In this document: positions 8,527-18,806 of the stretch, piece after piece | How the letters are laid out: every line of letters starts with the position of its first letter | Position numbering within the stretch: position 1 is the stretch's first letter | NCBI GenBank assembly: GCA_944385935.1 | Contig: CALWZC010000004.1 | Coordinates: 75,426 to 139,425, forward strand | Length of the DNA: 64,000 nucleotides | Reading direction: 5' to 3' | From: an uncultured Anaerofilum sp. | GTDB lineage: Bacteria > Bacillota > Clostridia > Oscillospirales > Ruminococcaceae | Translations under genes and position numbers: made by a program | Notes under the pieces: generated by a model | The model's input: only the letters and a program-made list of their open reading frames with translations | Databases searched by the model: none | Told to the model about the DNA's origin: nothing

Positions 8527-11124
8527 GTGGCAAAACTGTCCCCTATGATGCAACAATATTTCCAGTTGAAGGAAGATTATAAAGACGAAATTCTGTTCTT
8601 TCGCTTGGGCGATTTTTATGAAATGTTTTATGATGATGCTCTTTTAGCGTCTAAAGAGTTGGAACTCACCCTCACAGGAAGGGACTGCGGACAAGAGGAG
8701 CGTGCCCCTATGTGTGGGGTGCCCTTTCATAGCAGCGAAAGCTATATTGCCCGACTGATTGCAAAAGGGTATAAAGTTGCCATCTGTGAACAGGTGGAAG
8801 ACCCTGCCTCTGCAAAAGGACTGGTAAAACGGGATGTCATTCGTGTGGTTACTCCCGGCACAGTCATTGAAAGTAGCATGCTGCCAGAAGACCGCAACAA
8901 TTACATTGCCAGCATTGCGGTACAAAAGGGAAGGGCTGGAATCTGCTTTGCAGATGTTTCCACAGGAGAAGCACAAGTTACCCTGTTGGAAGGAGAAAAC
9001 TTGGCAGACCAGATTCTTTCGGAACTATGCCGCTTTTCTCCCAGTGAGGTGTTAATGAATCCCACTTTACTGGACTATAAACAGGTAACAGATTACATAA
9101 AAAATAAACTTTCCTGTTCTGTGGAAATGATGGAAGAAAAAGACTATAAACCCACTGTGGTGGATGCTGTTATGCAGAGGCAGTTTGGCAAGGAATATGC
9201 CACACAGTTGGATATGGATAGCAGCGACTTAGAATGTTCCGCTTTGGCGGTGCTGTTGGAATATATTCTCCATACCCAGAAAAAAGGCTTGGAGCGAATG
9301 AAAACCGTTCACCGCTATGCAGAAAAGCAATTTATGCACCTTTCTCCCACAACACGCAACAATTTGGAATTGACCCAAACCATGCGAGGCAAGGAGAAAA
9401 AAGGAACCTTGCTGTGGGTGCTGGACAAAACAGCCACTCCTATGGGTAGGCGACTTCTGCGGAAATGGGTAGAACAACCACTGGTTTCTGCGGTGGCTAT
9501 CAACCATCGGTTGGAAGCAGTGGAACAACTGGTACAGGATACTGTAGGGCGTGGAGATATTTTTCAGGTATTGGATTGTATCTTTGATATGGAAAGGTTG
9601 ACCACTCGCACGGTATATGGTTCTGCAAGCCCCAAAGAGGTATATGCTTTGTCCGTCGCCTGTCAACAAATGCCCCAACTAAAGCAATTTGCAGCCAAAT
9701 ACACAGGGCAGGAATTGCAGCAAATCAGCAAGGACATTGACCCCCTAGAAGATATTTGCCAATGTATTCGGGATGCACTGGAAGAAACAGCCCCTGCCAC
9801 TCTAAAGGATGGCAATGTAATTCGGGCAGGATACAACGCTGAAGTGGACGAGCTGCGAGAAATTATGCACGGGGGCAAGGGATATCTTGCTACATTGGAA
9901 GCAAAGCTAAAAGAAGAAACAGGCATCCGTACCCTAAAGGTGGGCTATAATCGGGTATTTGGCTATTATATCGAGGTAAGCCGCAGTTTTTCCAGTCAAG
10001 TTCCCGAAACCTTTATCCGAAAACAAACCCTTGCCAATGCAGAGCGATACATCACCGACGAGCTAAAACAACTGGAATCCAAGATTTTGGGTGCCAGCGA
10101 GCGACTGTTGAACTTGGAAAAGGAATTGTTTGACCAGCTTTTACAAAAGATTGCTCAGCAGCTTGTACGGATTCAGCAAACCGCCACAGCCGTGGCAAAA
10201 CTGGATGTTCTGTGCTCTTTGGCGCAAGTGGCAGTGGAAAACAACTATACTCGTCCCATTGTGGAGGAAAACAATCTATTGAATATCCAGCAGGGGCGGC
10301 ATCCTGTCATTGAAAAAATTATGACAGGAGGGCTGTTTGTTCCCAATGATACGGTGATGGATTGCGATAGAAACCGGATGTTAATGATTACCGGCCCCAA
10401 TATGGCGGGAAAATCCACCTATATGCGGCAAAATGCCCTAATTGTGCTGATGGCACAGATTGGCAGCTTTGTTCCTGCACAGCATTGCAGAGTGGGAGTA
10501 GTAGACGCAATTTTCACCCGTGTAGGTGCCGCTGATGATTTGGCGGCAGGTCAATCTACATTTATGGTAGAAATGAACGAGGTTGCCGAAATTTTGCAGC
10601 ATGCAACCCATAAAAGTTTGGTGATTTTGGACGAAATTGGCAGAGGTACTTCTACCTTTGATGGTATGAGCATTGCCCGTGCTGTGGTGGAATACATTGC
10701 AGACAAAACAGGGCATTTGGGTTGTAAGACCCTATTTGCTACCCATTACCATGAGTTGACCGAAATGGAACATACCACAGATGGCGTGAAAAACTATTCC
10801 ATTGCTGTAAAAAAGAGGGGAGATGACATCACATTCCTGCGCAGAATTATTGCAGGCCCCGCAGATGATAGCTATGGAATCCAAGTGGCAAAATTGGCAG
10901 GTTTACCAGAAGCAGTGATTGACCGTGCAAAAGAAGTGTTGCAACAGTTGGAAACCTCTATGCCCAGCCCAGACAAAGCAATTCAGATGGATTGGAGCCA
11001 GATGGAAGAAAAGCCACAAGAATTGCCCCAACAAATGGTGGAAAAACTGCAAAAGGTGGACTTGGAAACCGTAACACCTTTGGAAGCCTTAAACCTCCTA
11101 TACCAACTCAAACAAATGGTGTAA
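8527..11124 (+). CDS. mutS: DNA mismatch repair protein MutS
   Basis: GTG start after AAGGAGG; MutS domains I-V, Walker A GPNMAGKST, TFMVEMNE. Confidence 0.95.
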   Translation: MAKLSPMMQQYFQLKEDYKDEILFFRLGDFYEMFYDDALLASKELELTLTGRDCGQEERAPMCGVPFHSSESYIARLIAKGYKVAICEQVEDPASAKGLVKRDVIRVVTPGTVIESSMLPEDRNNYIASIAVQKGRAGICFADVSTGEAQVTLLEGENLADQILSELCRFSPSEVLMNPTLLDYKQVTDYIKNKLSCSVEMMEEKDYKPTVVDAVMQRQFGKEYATQLDMDSSDLECSALAVLLEYILHTQKKGLERMKTVHRYAEKQFMHLSPTTRNNLELTQTMRGKEKKGTLLWVLDKTATPMGRRLLRKWVEQPLVSAVAINHRLEAVEQLVQDTVGRGDIFQVLDCIFDMERLTTRTVYGSASPKEVYALSVACQQMPQLKQFAAKYTGQELQQISKDIDPLEDICQCIRDALEETAPATLKDGNVIRAGYNAEVDELREIMHGGKGYLATLEAKLKEETGIRTLKVGYNRVFGYYIEVSRSFSSQVPETFIRKQTLANAERYITDELKQLESKILGASERLLNLEKELFDQLLQKIAQQLVRIQQTATAVAKLDVLCSLAQVAVENNYTRPIVEENNLLNIQQGRHPVIEKIMTGGLFVPNDTVMDCDRNRMLMITGPNMAGKSTYMRQNALIVLMAQIGSFVPAQHCRVGVVDAIFTRVGAADDLAAGQSTFMVEMNEVAEILQHATHKSLVILDEIGRGTSTFDGMSIARAVVEYIADKTGHLGCKTLFATHYHELTEMEHTTDGVKNYSIAVKKRGDDITFLRRIIAGPADDSYGIQVAKLAGLPEAVIDRAKEVLQQLETSMPSPDKAIQMDWSQMEEKPQELPQQMVEKLQKVDLETVTPLEALNLLYQLKQMV

Positions 11125-11163
11125 GGATAGGTATTCCATAGAACGAGAAAAGGAGGAGATTGC

Positions 11164-13140
11164 ATGGCAGTCATTCATGTATTGGACAAGCATACCGCCG
11201 AATTGATTGCGGCAGGGGAGGTAGTGGAGCGTCCGGCATCGGTAGTAAAGGAATTGCTGGAAAATTCCATTGATGCTGGAGCCAAACAGATAACAGTTTC
11301 CATTGTCCGTGGTGGTGTGGCGCAAATTGAAGTGTCTGACAATGGAAGTGGTATTGAAGTAGAGTATATTGCCACCGCTTTTATTCGCCATGCTACTAGT
11401 AAAATCTCCTGCCAACAAGATTTGGAATCCATTGGAACCTTGGGATTCCGTGGAGAAGCTCTAGCCTCCATTGCCAGCGTTGCCCGAATACAGCTTGTCA
11501 CCTGCACCCCTCAAGATGAGTTTGCTTACTGCTACCGCATAGAGGGAGGCGAGGAAATAGGCATAGAGCCGGCGGCCCGTCCAGTGGGAACAACTATCAC
11601 TGTTTCGGACTTGTTTTACAATACTCCAGCCCGCATGAAGTTTTTGAAAAAGGATTCTAGTGAAGGAACCTTTGTGGCAGAAACCATACAAAGGATTGCT
11701 CTTTCTCATCCAGAAGTAAGCATTGCTTTTATTCGTGAGGGAAAGCAGCAATTTCGTACCCCCGGCACAGGAAAGTTGATGGATACTATTTACACTGTGC
11801 TAGGTAGGGAATTTTCAAAGGAATTGCTGTCTGTAGAAAGCCAGAGTGGAGCCTATCAGGTAAAAGGATGGATTACCCCGCCTCGTTGCTGTCGTGCCAG
11901 TCGAGCAATGCAATATTTCTATATCAATGGGCGTTTTGTAAAAAATAAAACCATGATGGCAGCCCTAGAAACGGCCTACAAGGGAACAGTTATGCAAGGG
12001 AAATTTCCCGGGTGTGTGTTGGAATTGCAGTTGCCCCCGGAATTGGTGGATGTAAATGTGCATCCAGCAAAAATTGAGGTGCGCTTTGCTCATGAACAGG
12101 ATGTTTTTGATGCTGTGTACAAAGGAGTAAAATTGGCTTTGTCGGTGCCACAAGCCTCCCAAAAGCAGTTGGAGTTTTCTACAAAGCCACAGCCAGAGCA
12201 TAAACAAATGCAAATGCCTTCCATTTCTGTGCCACCACAAACCTCTGTAATTCCCAAGCAGGAAACAATCATTTTGGCAAAACAGCAACCTACACTATCA
12301 CAAATTACACCAAACGTTTCTACAAAAGAGGAAATACGGCAAGAAAAATATGTGATTACCACGCGAAATCCAAAAGCATTTTCTGGGCTGTGTTCTTCCA
12401 GTTTGCCCTATACTGTGCACCACAAAGAACCAGACCTTGATGTTATGGTAGAGGAAGATGATTCTTTTCCTGTTGTGGAGCAGCCAGCAGCAGAAACAGA
12501 ATTACCTACCCAAGAGGAAGTAGTACCTTCTCAGATGGAACTGGTTTCCCAAGAGGAGGAGAACAAAGGTTCAGCCCCTTTGCAAATTGTAGGGGAGATG
12601 TTTGGAACCTATATCCTTGCCCAGCGAGGACAGGAAATGTGCTTTATTGATAAACATGCAGCCCATGAGCGTATTTTGTATGAAAAGTTAAAGAATCAGC
12701 AAATGGCAGATGGACAGCTGTTGATGGAGCCTGTAAGCGTGCAGCTTTCCGCAGAACAAAAAAATGCTGTGCTGCAACAGGCGGATTTGCTGGAACAGCA
12801 AGGAATCCAGTTGGAGGACTTTGGTGGGTCTACGGTGTTGGTGCGAACGGTTCCTTTGGATATTTCCCCCAGTGAAGTGGAACCTTTGGTTGAGGAATTG
12901 GCATCCAACTTGGTGCTAAACAATCGCCAAAGCCGAACAGAAAAAGCGGAATGGGTGTTGCATTCCATTGCTTGCCGTGCTGCGGTAAAAGCTGGTGACC
13001 ACAACAGCACAGAAGAACTGTTGCACTTGGCACAACAAATTTTAGAGGGGGAAATTCCCCTATTCTGTCCCCATGGCAGACCGGTGATTTTAAAATTGAC
13101 ACAAAAGGAGCTGGAAAAACAGTTTGGTAGACAAGGATAA
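11164..13140 (+). CDS. mutL: DNA mismatch repair protein MutL
   Basis: GHKL ATPase N-terminus (ELLENSIDAGA), long linker, MutL C-terminal dimerization domain. Confidence 0.95.
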   Translation: MAVIHVLDKHTAELIAAGEVVERPASVVKELLENSIDAGAKQITVSIVRGGVAQIEVSDNGSGIEVEYIATAFIRHATSKISCQQDLESIGTLGFRGEALASIASVARIQLVTCTPQDEFAYCYRIEGGEEIGIEPAARPVGTTITVSDLFYNTPARMKFLKKDSSEGTFVAETIQRIALSHPEVSIAFIREGKQQFRTPGTGKLMDTIYTVLGREFSKELLSVESQSGAYQVKGWITPPRCCRASRAMQYFYINGRFVKNKTMMAALETAYKGTVMQGKFPGCVLELQLPPELVDVNVHPAKIEVRFAHEQDVFDAVYKGVKLALSVPQASQKQLEFSTKPQPEHKQMQMPSISVPPQTSVIPKQETIILAKQQPTLSQITPNVSTKEEIRQEKYVITTRNPKAFSGLCSSSLPYTVHHKEPDLDVMVEEDDSFPVVEQPAAETELPTQEEVVPSQMELVSQEEENKGSAPLQIVGEMFGTYILAQRGQEMCFIDKHAAHERILYEKLKNQQMADGQLLMEPVSVQLSAEQKNAVLQQADLLEQQGIQLEDFGGSTVLVRTVPLDISPSEVEPLVEELASNLVLNNRQSRTEKAEWVLHSIACRAAVKAGDHNSTEELLHLAQQILEGEIPLFCPHGRPVILKLTQKELEKQFGRQG

Positions 13141-14104
13141 AACTACAATCATTGCCATTGGCGGCCCCACTGCCAGCGGAAAAACCAGCCTTTCGGTGGA
13201 ATTGGCAAAGGCATGGAATGGGGAGATTATTTCAGCGGATTCCATGCAGATTTACAAAGGGCTAGATATTGGCACCGCCAAAGCAACCCCAGAGGAACAG
13301 CAGGGAATCCCTCATCATCTGGTAGATATTCTATCCCCTGAACAACGGTTTAGTGCGGCAGATTTTGTGGAAAGGGCACAGCAATGTATTGAGGAAATTG
13401 TACAGCGTGGAAAATTGCCCATTGTGGTGGGGGGCACAGGGCTATATATAGAAAGTTTGTTGAAAGGGGTACAATTTACCAAAGAAGAATTTGACCCCAA
13501 TCTTCGCAATAAGCTGGAGCAGGAAGCCGCTTTGTATGGTGCAGAAGAAATGCACCGCCGGTTACAACAAATCGACCCAGAGTATGCAGCTACCTTACAC
13601 CCCAACAATCAGGGCCGTGTCCTTCGTGCTATAGAGCTGTATTTACAAACAGGAACCACCATGACCGAGCAGCGAAAAAACTCTTTGCCTCCACAGCAAC
13701 CATACAACAGCTTGCTGTTGGTTTTGGGTTGTGAAAATCGGCAAACGTTATATGACCGAATCAATCTTCGGGTAGACCAAATGGTACAGCAGGGCCTAGA
13801 ACAAGAGGCACGCTATGTATACCAACACAAACACACCTTTGCTACCGCTGCACAAGCCATCGGCTACAAGGAGTTTTTTCCATATTTTGAGCAACAGCAA
13901 ACCTTGGAAGAATCGGTGGAGCAGTTGAAACAGGCCACACGAAAATATGCAAAGCGACAACTTACATGGTTCCGACGGATGGAAGGGGTACATTGGTTGC
14001 AACTAGACCAAAATCCCTTGCAGGAGGCAATGTCCTTGGTAGAACAACACTTGCAAAAGGTTGAAGGGAACTGTGGAAAGGAAAAATTGCTATGGGACAA
14101 GTAA
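13124..14104 (+). CDS. miaA: tRNA dimethylallyltransferase MiaA
   Basis: P-loop GPTASGKT; IPPT family; TTG start overlapping mutL stop (start uncertain by a few codons). Confidence 0.9.
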   Translation: MVDKDKTTIIAIGGPTASGKTSLSVELAKAWNGEIISADSMQIYKGLDIGTAKATPEEQQGIPHHLVDILSPEQRFSAADFVERAQQCIEEIVQRGKLPIVVGGTGLYIESLLKGVQFTKEEFDPNLRNKLEQEAALYGAEEMHRRLQQIDPEYAATLHPNNQGRVLRAIELYLQTGTTMTEQRKNSLPPQQPYNSLLLVLGCENRQTLYDRINLRVDQMVQQGLEQEARYVYQHKHTFATAAQAIGYKEFFPYFEQQQTLEESVEQLKQATRKYAKRQLTWFRRMEGVHWLQLDQNPLQEAMSLVEQHLQKVEGNCGKEKLLWDK

Positions 14105-15330
14105 AACGATATCTGGGTATTACTGCCATGTTGCTATTAGGGGCAGCAGTTTTATACTTAGTTATGCAAATTTATGCAATTATGAACCCCAGCTACCGCA
14201 CCGAAACAGCCATCTACTATGAAATGTCGGAAAACATCGAAATGAAAGCAGCGGCTGTATTTCAACGGCAAACCATAGAAGGTGGAGGTACATTGGGCTA
14301 CTTGGTGGAGGATGGTGAGCGAGTGCACCCCGGGCAGGTGATAGCAGAGCGATATTCTAGCCCACAACAGGCACAAGCACAGGCACAATACCGCCAGCTT
14401 CAAAGGCAAGTAGAGATGTTGCAAAGCTCTAGCAAGGTGCAAGGAGTGGATGTAGGTGCCATTACAAGGCAGTTGCAAGATGGCCTATATTCACTTGTGG
14501 CAGACTTAGGACAGAGCAATTATTACGATTCAACGGAATATTTTAATAGTTATTTGGTAGCGGCAAATAAGGTACAATGTTTGACTGGAAAGACCAGTGG
14601 ATTTGACCAACGAATCGCCCAAATTCAGGGGCAAATGGAGGCACTGTCTGCCACAGTAGGAACCCCAGAAACCATAGGTTCTCCTGCCAGTGGCTATTTT
14701 GTGCGCAGCGAGCAAGCAGGAGTGCAGCCCTTTTCCCAAGAACAGTTGGAACAGATGACACCCCAGCAACTGCTGGAGGAATTGGATAAAACCTTCCCCG
14801 ACAATTCTCAGGGAGTGGGGGAAATTATTACAGACTATCGTTGGAGTTTGTATGGCACAACAGATTCATCATTAGCACAACAGCTAAAAGCGGGACAAAG
14901 TGTCACTTTGCGCCTTCCAGAACGGGGTGGGCTGGAATTTCCAGTAAAGGTGGAGCAGGTTCAGGCAGATAGAGAAAATGGGTTATACAAAATAAAACTC
15001 AGCTGTCAAAACATTACGCCACAAGCCTTGGGATTAGGTGTGGAACGGGTAGAAGTTGTGGTAAATGAATACGAAGGAATCCGTGTTCCCCGCAGTGCAG
15101 AACACATTCATATTTCCACCGATGAAAATGGGAAAGAAGTGGAAGAATATGGTGTATATGTAAAATTGGGAACCTTGATGTATTTCCGTAAAATTACAAA
15201 TAAGCTCTACCAAAATGAGGAATACATGTTGTTGCCTTTGAATCCAAGTGAAGAAGATGGCGACGAAGTGCGGTTGTATGATGAAGTAATTGTAGAGGGC
15301 ACAGATTTGGACAATGGAAAGCTGATTTAA
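14092..15330 (+). CDS. membrane-anchored HlyD/membrane-fusion-protein-like protein (orphan)
   Basis: N-terminal TM helix, lipoyl-like GERVHPGQVIA, long Q-rich coiled coil, C-terminal beta domain; no adjacent transporter. Confidence 0.4.
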   Translation: MGQVKRYLGITAMLLLGAAVLYLVMQIYAIMNPSYRTETAIYYEMSENIEMKAAAVFQRQTIEGGGTLGYLVEDGERVHPGQVIAERYSSPQQAQAQAQYRQLQRQVEMLQSSSKVQGVDVGAITRQLQDGLYSLVADLGQSNYYDSTEYFNSYLVAANKVQCLTGKTSGFDQRIAQIQGQMEALSATVGTPETIGSPASGYFVRSEQAGVQPFSQEQLEQMTPQQLLEELDKTFPDNSQGVGEIITDYRWSLYGTTDSSLAQQLKAGQSVTLRLPERGGLEFPVKVEQVQADRENGLYKIKLSCQNITPQALGLGVERVEVVVNEYEGIRVPRSAEHIHISTDENGKEVEEYGVYVKLGTLMYFRKITNKLYQNEEYMLLPLNPSEEDGDEVRLYDEVIVEGTDLDNGKLI

Positions 15331-15486
15331 GGTGTTTTTGTCGAAACAACAGAAAGTTTGCCGGAGTTGTTGACATTGCAAACAAAAAAAGAGATAATTA
15401 AAAAAACATCTCAACATGCTTCATGAAAAGAAAATGGAAATATGAACATGTGCCGTTTACAAATCGCATAAAAGGAGAAAACGGGT

Positions 15487-15939
15487 ATGTCTTTTTTAGG
15501 AAATATCAAAGGCTTTCTAAAGGGAGAGTCTGATGACGATTATGAGTACGAAGATTATGAAGAGGAAGAAATGGAAGAGCAGCCAGCCCCCGAACTGCCT
15601 GCATCTGTCCCTTCCGAGCAGGAAAATCGCCGTGGAAAAGTAGTTGCTATGGGTTCTGCTGCACCTTTGCAAGTGGTGTTAGTAAAACCAGAAAAGTTTG
15701 ATGATGCCAGCAGCATAGCCAACCACCTAAACCAGAAAAGAACAGTGGTATTAAACTTAGAGTCCACCAATAAAGAAATTTCTAAACGGTTGGTGGATTT
15801 TCTAACCGGTGTTGCCTATGCAAACAAAGCAAATATCAACCGTGTGGCTACCAATACATTCATTATTACCCCTCAAAATGTAGATTTGATGGGTGGTGAC
15901 ATTTTAGGAGATATGGAAAACAATGGCTCCTTCTTCTGA
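15487..15939 (+). CDS. sepF: cell division protein SepF
   Basis: N-terminal amphipathic MSFLGNIKGFL, acidic linker, C-terminal DUF552 core (VVLVKPEKFDDASSIANHL...TFIITP). Confidence 0.85.
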   Translation: MSFLGNIKGFLKGESDDDYEYEDYEEEEMEEQPAPELPASVPSEQENRRGKVVAMGSAAPLQVVLVKPEKFDDASSIANHLNQKRTVVLNLESTNKEISKRLVDFLTGVAYANKANINRVATNTFIITPQNVDLMGGDILGDMENNGSFF

Positions 15940-16720
15940 GAAACAGCCGGCAGCAAAGCGGGGGTTTATCCCCCCGCAAAATGCCGAGGAACAAATGTTG
16001 ATGCGTCGTGTGGAGGAGTTGTGCAAGCGAGTGCAGTATGGCCAGCGTCCTCGCAACACCGATTTCCTCAGCGACCGCCAACAGCAGTTGGCACAGGCAG
16101 CCATGAACCGTTGTGGCAGCGATTGCAGGATTCTATGGGATGGTGGATATGATGGCGCAGAGCGGAAAATGCTCACACTGTTGCCAGAAGGTATGGAATA
16201 TCAACAGCCCTTTTGTGGATTGCGTTTGTGCCCTATCGCCTCCAATGCCCATTTGCAACATAGAGATTGCTTGGGAGCAATTCTAGGGTTGGGATTGGAC
16301 AGAAAGAGCATAGGGGACATTTTGCTGCAAGAAGACGGCAGCAGTGTGGTGTTTTGTACATTTCCAGCAGCTGACCTTATTACACAAGAATTGGCCCAAA
16401 TTGGCAAAGAAACAGTGACTGTGGAACCCTATGAACAACTGCAAACACTTGCATTGCAAGCAACCTTGCAAACTGCCACTGTTGCTTCTTTGCGAGTGGA
16501 TGCCGTATTAGCAGCCATGCTCCATACCAGCAGAGAAAAGGCTGTCCAGCTCATTCGAGCAGGAAAGCTGGAAATAAACCATCTCCCTGTAACTGCCGCA
16601 CATATGCAGGTATATGAACAGGATGTGTTTACTGTTCGAGGTGTTGGGCGGTTTCGGTTGGAGCAAATTGGGGGGAAAAGTCGAAAAGACCGCATATTTA
16701 TTCAATATTACCAATATTAA
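15923..16720 (+). CDS. ylmH: YlmH-like S4 RNA-binding domain protein
   Basis: TDFL motif, C-terminal S4 domain; start 15923 vs 15995 uncertain. Confidence 0.75.
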   Translation: MAPSSEKQPAAKRGFIPPQNAEEQMLMRRVEELCKRVQYGQRPRNTDFLSDRQQQLAQAAMNRCGSDCRILWDGGYDGAERKMLTLLPEGMEYQQPFCGLRLCPIASNAHLQHRDCLGAILGLGLDRKSIGDILLQEDGSSVVFCTFPAADLITQELAQIGKETVTVEPYEQLQTLALQATLQTATVASLRVDAVLAAMLHTSREKAVQLIRAGKLEINHLPVTAAHMQVYEQDVFTVRGVGRFRLEQIGGKSRKDRIFIQYYQY

Positions 16721-16756
16721 GATAACCTTAGGTAAATAGGGAAAGGGGAATACTTT

Positions 16757-17311
16757 GTGTTAAAGAGTAGCGAAATTCGTGCTGTAACCTTTGATAAAAC
16801 AATGCGTGGCTATCGCTGTGAAGATGTGGATGCCTTCCTGCGAAAGGTTGCAGACCAAGTAGACGACCAAGATGCCACAATCGCAGATTTGGAGAAAAAG
16901 CTGCAAATTTTGGCCCAGCGTATTGAAGGATATCGAGCTGATGAAGATACCCTAAAAACCGCTTTGCTCAATGCTCAGCGTTTGGGTGAAAATGTTATCC
17001 ATGAGGCAAAGCAGAAAGCCGAAAGCATTCTGCGGGAAGCTTCCTTGAAGGCAGAAAGCCTTACTGAACAGGCAAAAGGACAAGTTCTAGAACAGAAGAT
17101 GGAACTGGAGAGAGTGCAAAGCGAAGTGGCACACTTTAAAGCCAGTGTTCTTAGCTTGTACAAAAGCCATATTGAATCCCTAAGCACTTTGCCTGGAAAT
17201 GAGCCAGAGCAACCAGAGGAAGAGGAGCAACCAGAGGAAACAGAGCAAGCCCAAGAGGAAATTGCACTGGAGGAGTTGGGAGAAGAATCCCAAGAGGGTT
17301 TGGAAGAGTAA
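16757..17311 (+). CDS. divIVA: DivIVA domain cell-division protein
   Basis: GTG start after AAAGGGGAA; N-terminal FDKTMRGYRCEDVDAFL DivIVA motif, coiled coil, acidic tail. Confidence 0.85.
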   Translation: MLKSSEIRAVTFDKTMRGYRCEDVDAFLRKVADQVDDQDATIADLEKKLQILAQRIEGYRADEDTLKTALLNAQRLGENVIHEAKQKAESILREASLKAESLTEQAKGQVLEQKMELERVQSEVAHFKASVLSLYKSHIESLSTLPGNEPEQPEEEEQPEETEQAQEEIALEELGEESQEGLEE

Positions 17312-17317
17312 AATGCA

Positions 17318-17359
17318 CAGGCGGTGTAGCCCCAAGGACACACCGCCTGCCCTTTTGTT
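17318..17359 (+). terminator. rho-independent terminator after divIVA
   Basis: CAGGCGGTGT...ACACCGCCTG stem then CCCTTTTGTTT. Confidence 0.75.
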
Positions 17360-17397
17360 TGTGGCTGTATGCAATATCCACTTTGTGGAAAGGATGA

Positions 17398-17901
17398 TTG
17401 TGTTTGAAAGATAAAAAAACATTGTTGTTTGTACTATTTTCTGTGGTAATGATTGCAGTAGACCAAGTGTTGAAAGTATGGGCAACTGCCGCCCTTGCCC
17501 CCATTGGACAGGCGGATTTAATTCCCGGATTTTTGGGGTTGCAGTATGTTCTGAATGACGGAATGGCTTTTAGTATGTTTGCAGGTGCCCGGTGGTTGTT
17601 GGTGGTTGTTACCTCCATTGCATTAGTGCTTTTGGTTGGTTATGTGGTAGTAAAAAAGCCCACAGGTTTGTTCTTTTGGGCCTGTGCCTGTTTATTTGCT
17701 GGTGGTGTAGGAAACTTGATAGACCGTATCCGCACCGGTTTGGTGGTGGATTATCTAGCATTCCAGTTTGTTTCTTTTCCTGTGTTTAACTTTGCGGATA
17801 TTTTGGTCACCACCGGAGCAGGACTGCTATTGCTTTGGGCGGTCTTAGATACCATACAGGAAAGAAAAAAGGCCAAGGAGCAACCCAATGGAACAGCTTG
17901 A
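17398..17901 (+). CDS. lspA: lipoprotein signal peptidase II
   Basis: 4 TM helices; NDGMAFSM and NFADI motifs; exact start (TTG 17398 or downstream) uncertain. Confidence 0.85.
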   Translation: MCLKDKKTLLFVLFSVVMIAVDQVLKVWATAALAPIGQADLIPGFLGLQYVLNDGMAFSMFAGARWLLVVVTSIALVLLVGYVVVKKPTGLFFWACACLFAGGVGNLIDRIRTGLVVDYLAFQFVSFPVFNFADILVTTGAGLLLLWAVLDTIQERKKAKEQPNGTA

Positions 17902-18802
17902 GTTTATATGTGAGGAACAGCAACCAACCAGACTGGACAAGCTACTGACGGAATTTTTGCCGGATTACAGCCGCAGCGCATTGAGCCAACTTATTGCAGA
18001 TGGAATGGTGCAGCTCAATGGCAAACAAGCCGCAAAAAGTGCAAAACCGAAAAAAGGAGATATTTTACTTGTTTCCTTGCCTGACCCAGTAGAGCCGGAT
18101 GCACAACCAGAGGATATCCCTCTAAATATTGTCTATGAAGATAACAGTTTGTTGGTAGTGAATAAACCCAAAGGAATGGTAGTGCACCCAGCAGCAGGAA
18201 ACTACAATGGAACATTGGTAAATGGCTTGTTGTATCATTGCAAAGGCAGCCTTTCTGGAATTGGGGGGCAACTACGGCCAGGTATCGTCCATCGCATTGA
18301 TAAAAATACCAGTGGACTTTTGGTGGTGGCAAAAACGGACACTGCCCATAGCTTTTTGTCCCAGCAGATGGCAGAACACACTGTACAGCGTACATACCAT
18401 GCAGTTGCCTATGGGAGATTTCGGGAGCAAGAGGGCTTTGTAGAAGGAAATATTGGTCGTCATCCCCAAGACAGAAAGAAGATGGCTGTGGTGAGCACAG
18501 GGGGCAAATATGCTTATACCGGATGGAAGGTATTGGAGCAATTTCAAGGATTTGCCTATTTACAGTTGCAGCTAAAGACCGGAAGAACCCATCAGATTCG
18601 AGTACATATGGCCAGCATAGGGCACCCTTTGGCAGGGGATGATGTATATGGCCCCAAAGCTGTGATTCAAAAATTACAGGGACAGTGCCTTCATGCAAAA
18701 ACACTGGGCTTTGTCCATCCCGAAAGCCGCCAGTGGATGCAGTTTGATTCCCCCTTGCCAGAATATTTCGAGCAATTTTTGCAAACGCTGAAAAAGGAAT
18801 GA
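17888..18802 (+). CDS. rluD: RluA-family 23S rRNA pseudouridine synthase (RluD-like)
   Basis: S4 domain N-terminus; catalytic HRIDKNTSGLLVVAK motif; conserved lspA-rluD pair. Confidence 0.9.
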   Translation: MEQLEFICEEQQPTRLDKLLTEFLPDYSRSALSQLIADGMVQLNGKQAAKSAKPKKGDILLVSLPDPVEPDAQPEDIPLNIVYEDNSLLVVNKPKGMVVHPAAGNYNGTLVNGLLYHCKGSLSGIGGQLRPGIVHRIDKNTSGLLVVAKTDTAHSFLSQQMAEHTVQRTYHAVAYGRFREQEGFVEGNIGRHPQDRKKMAVVSTGGKYAYTGWKVLEQFQGFAYLQLQLKTGRTHQIRVHMASIGHPLAGDDVYGPKAVIQKLQGQCLHAKTLGFVHPESRQWMQFDSPLPEYFEQFLQTLKKE

Positions 18803-18806
18803 GCCA

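Noticed and set aside
18015-18704. 229-aa minus-strand ORF
   Set aside because: It is antisense to rluD, a shadow ORF.
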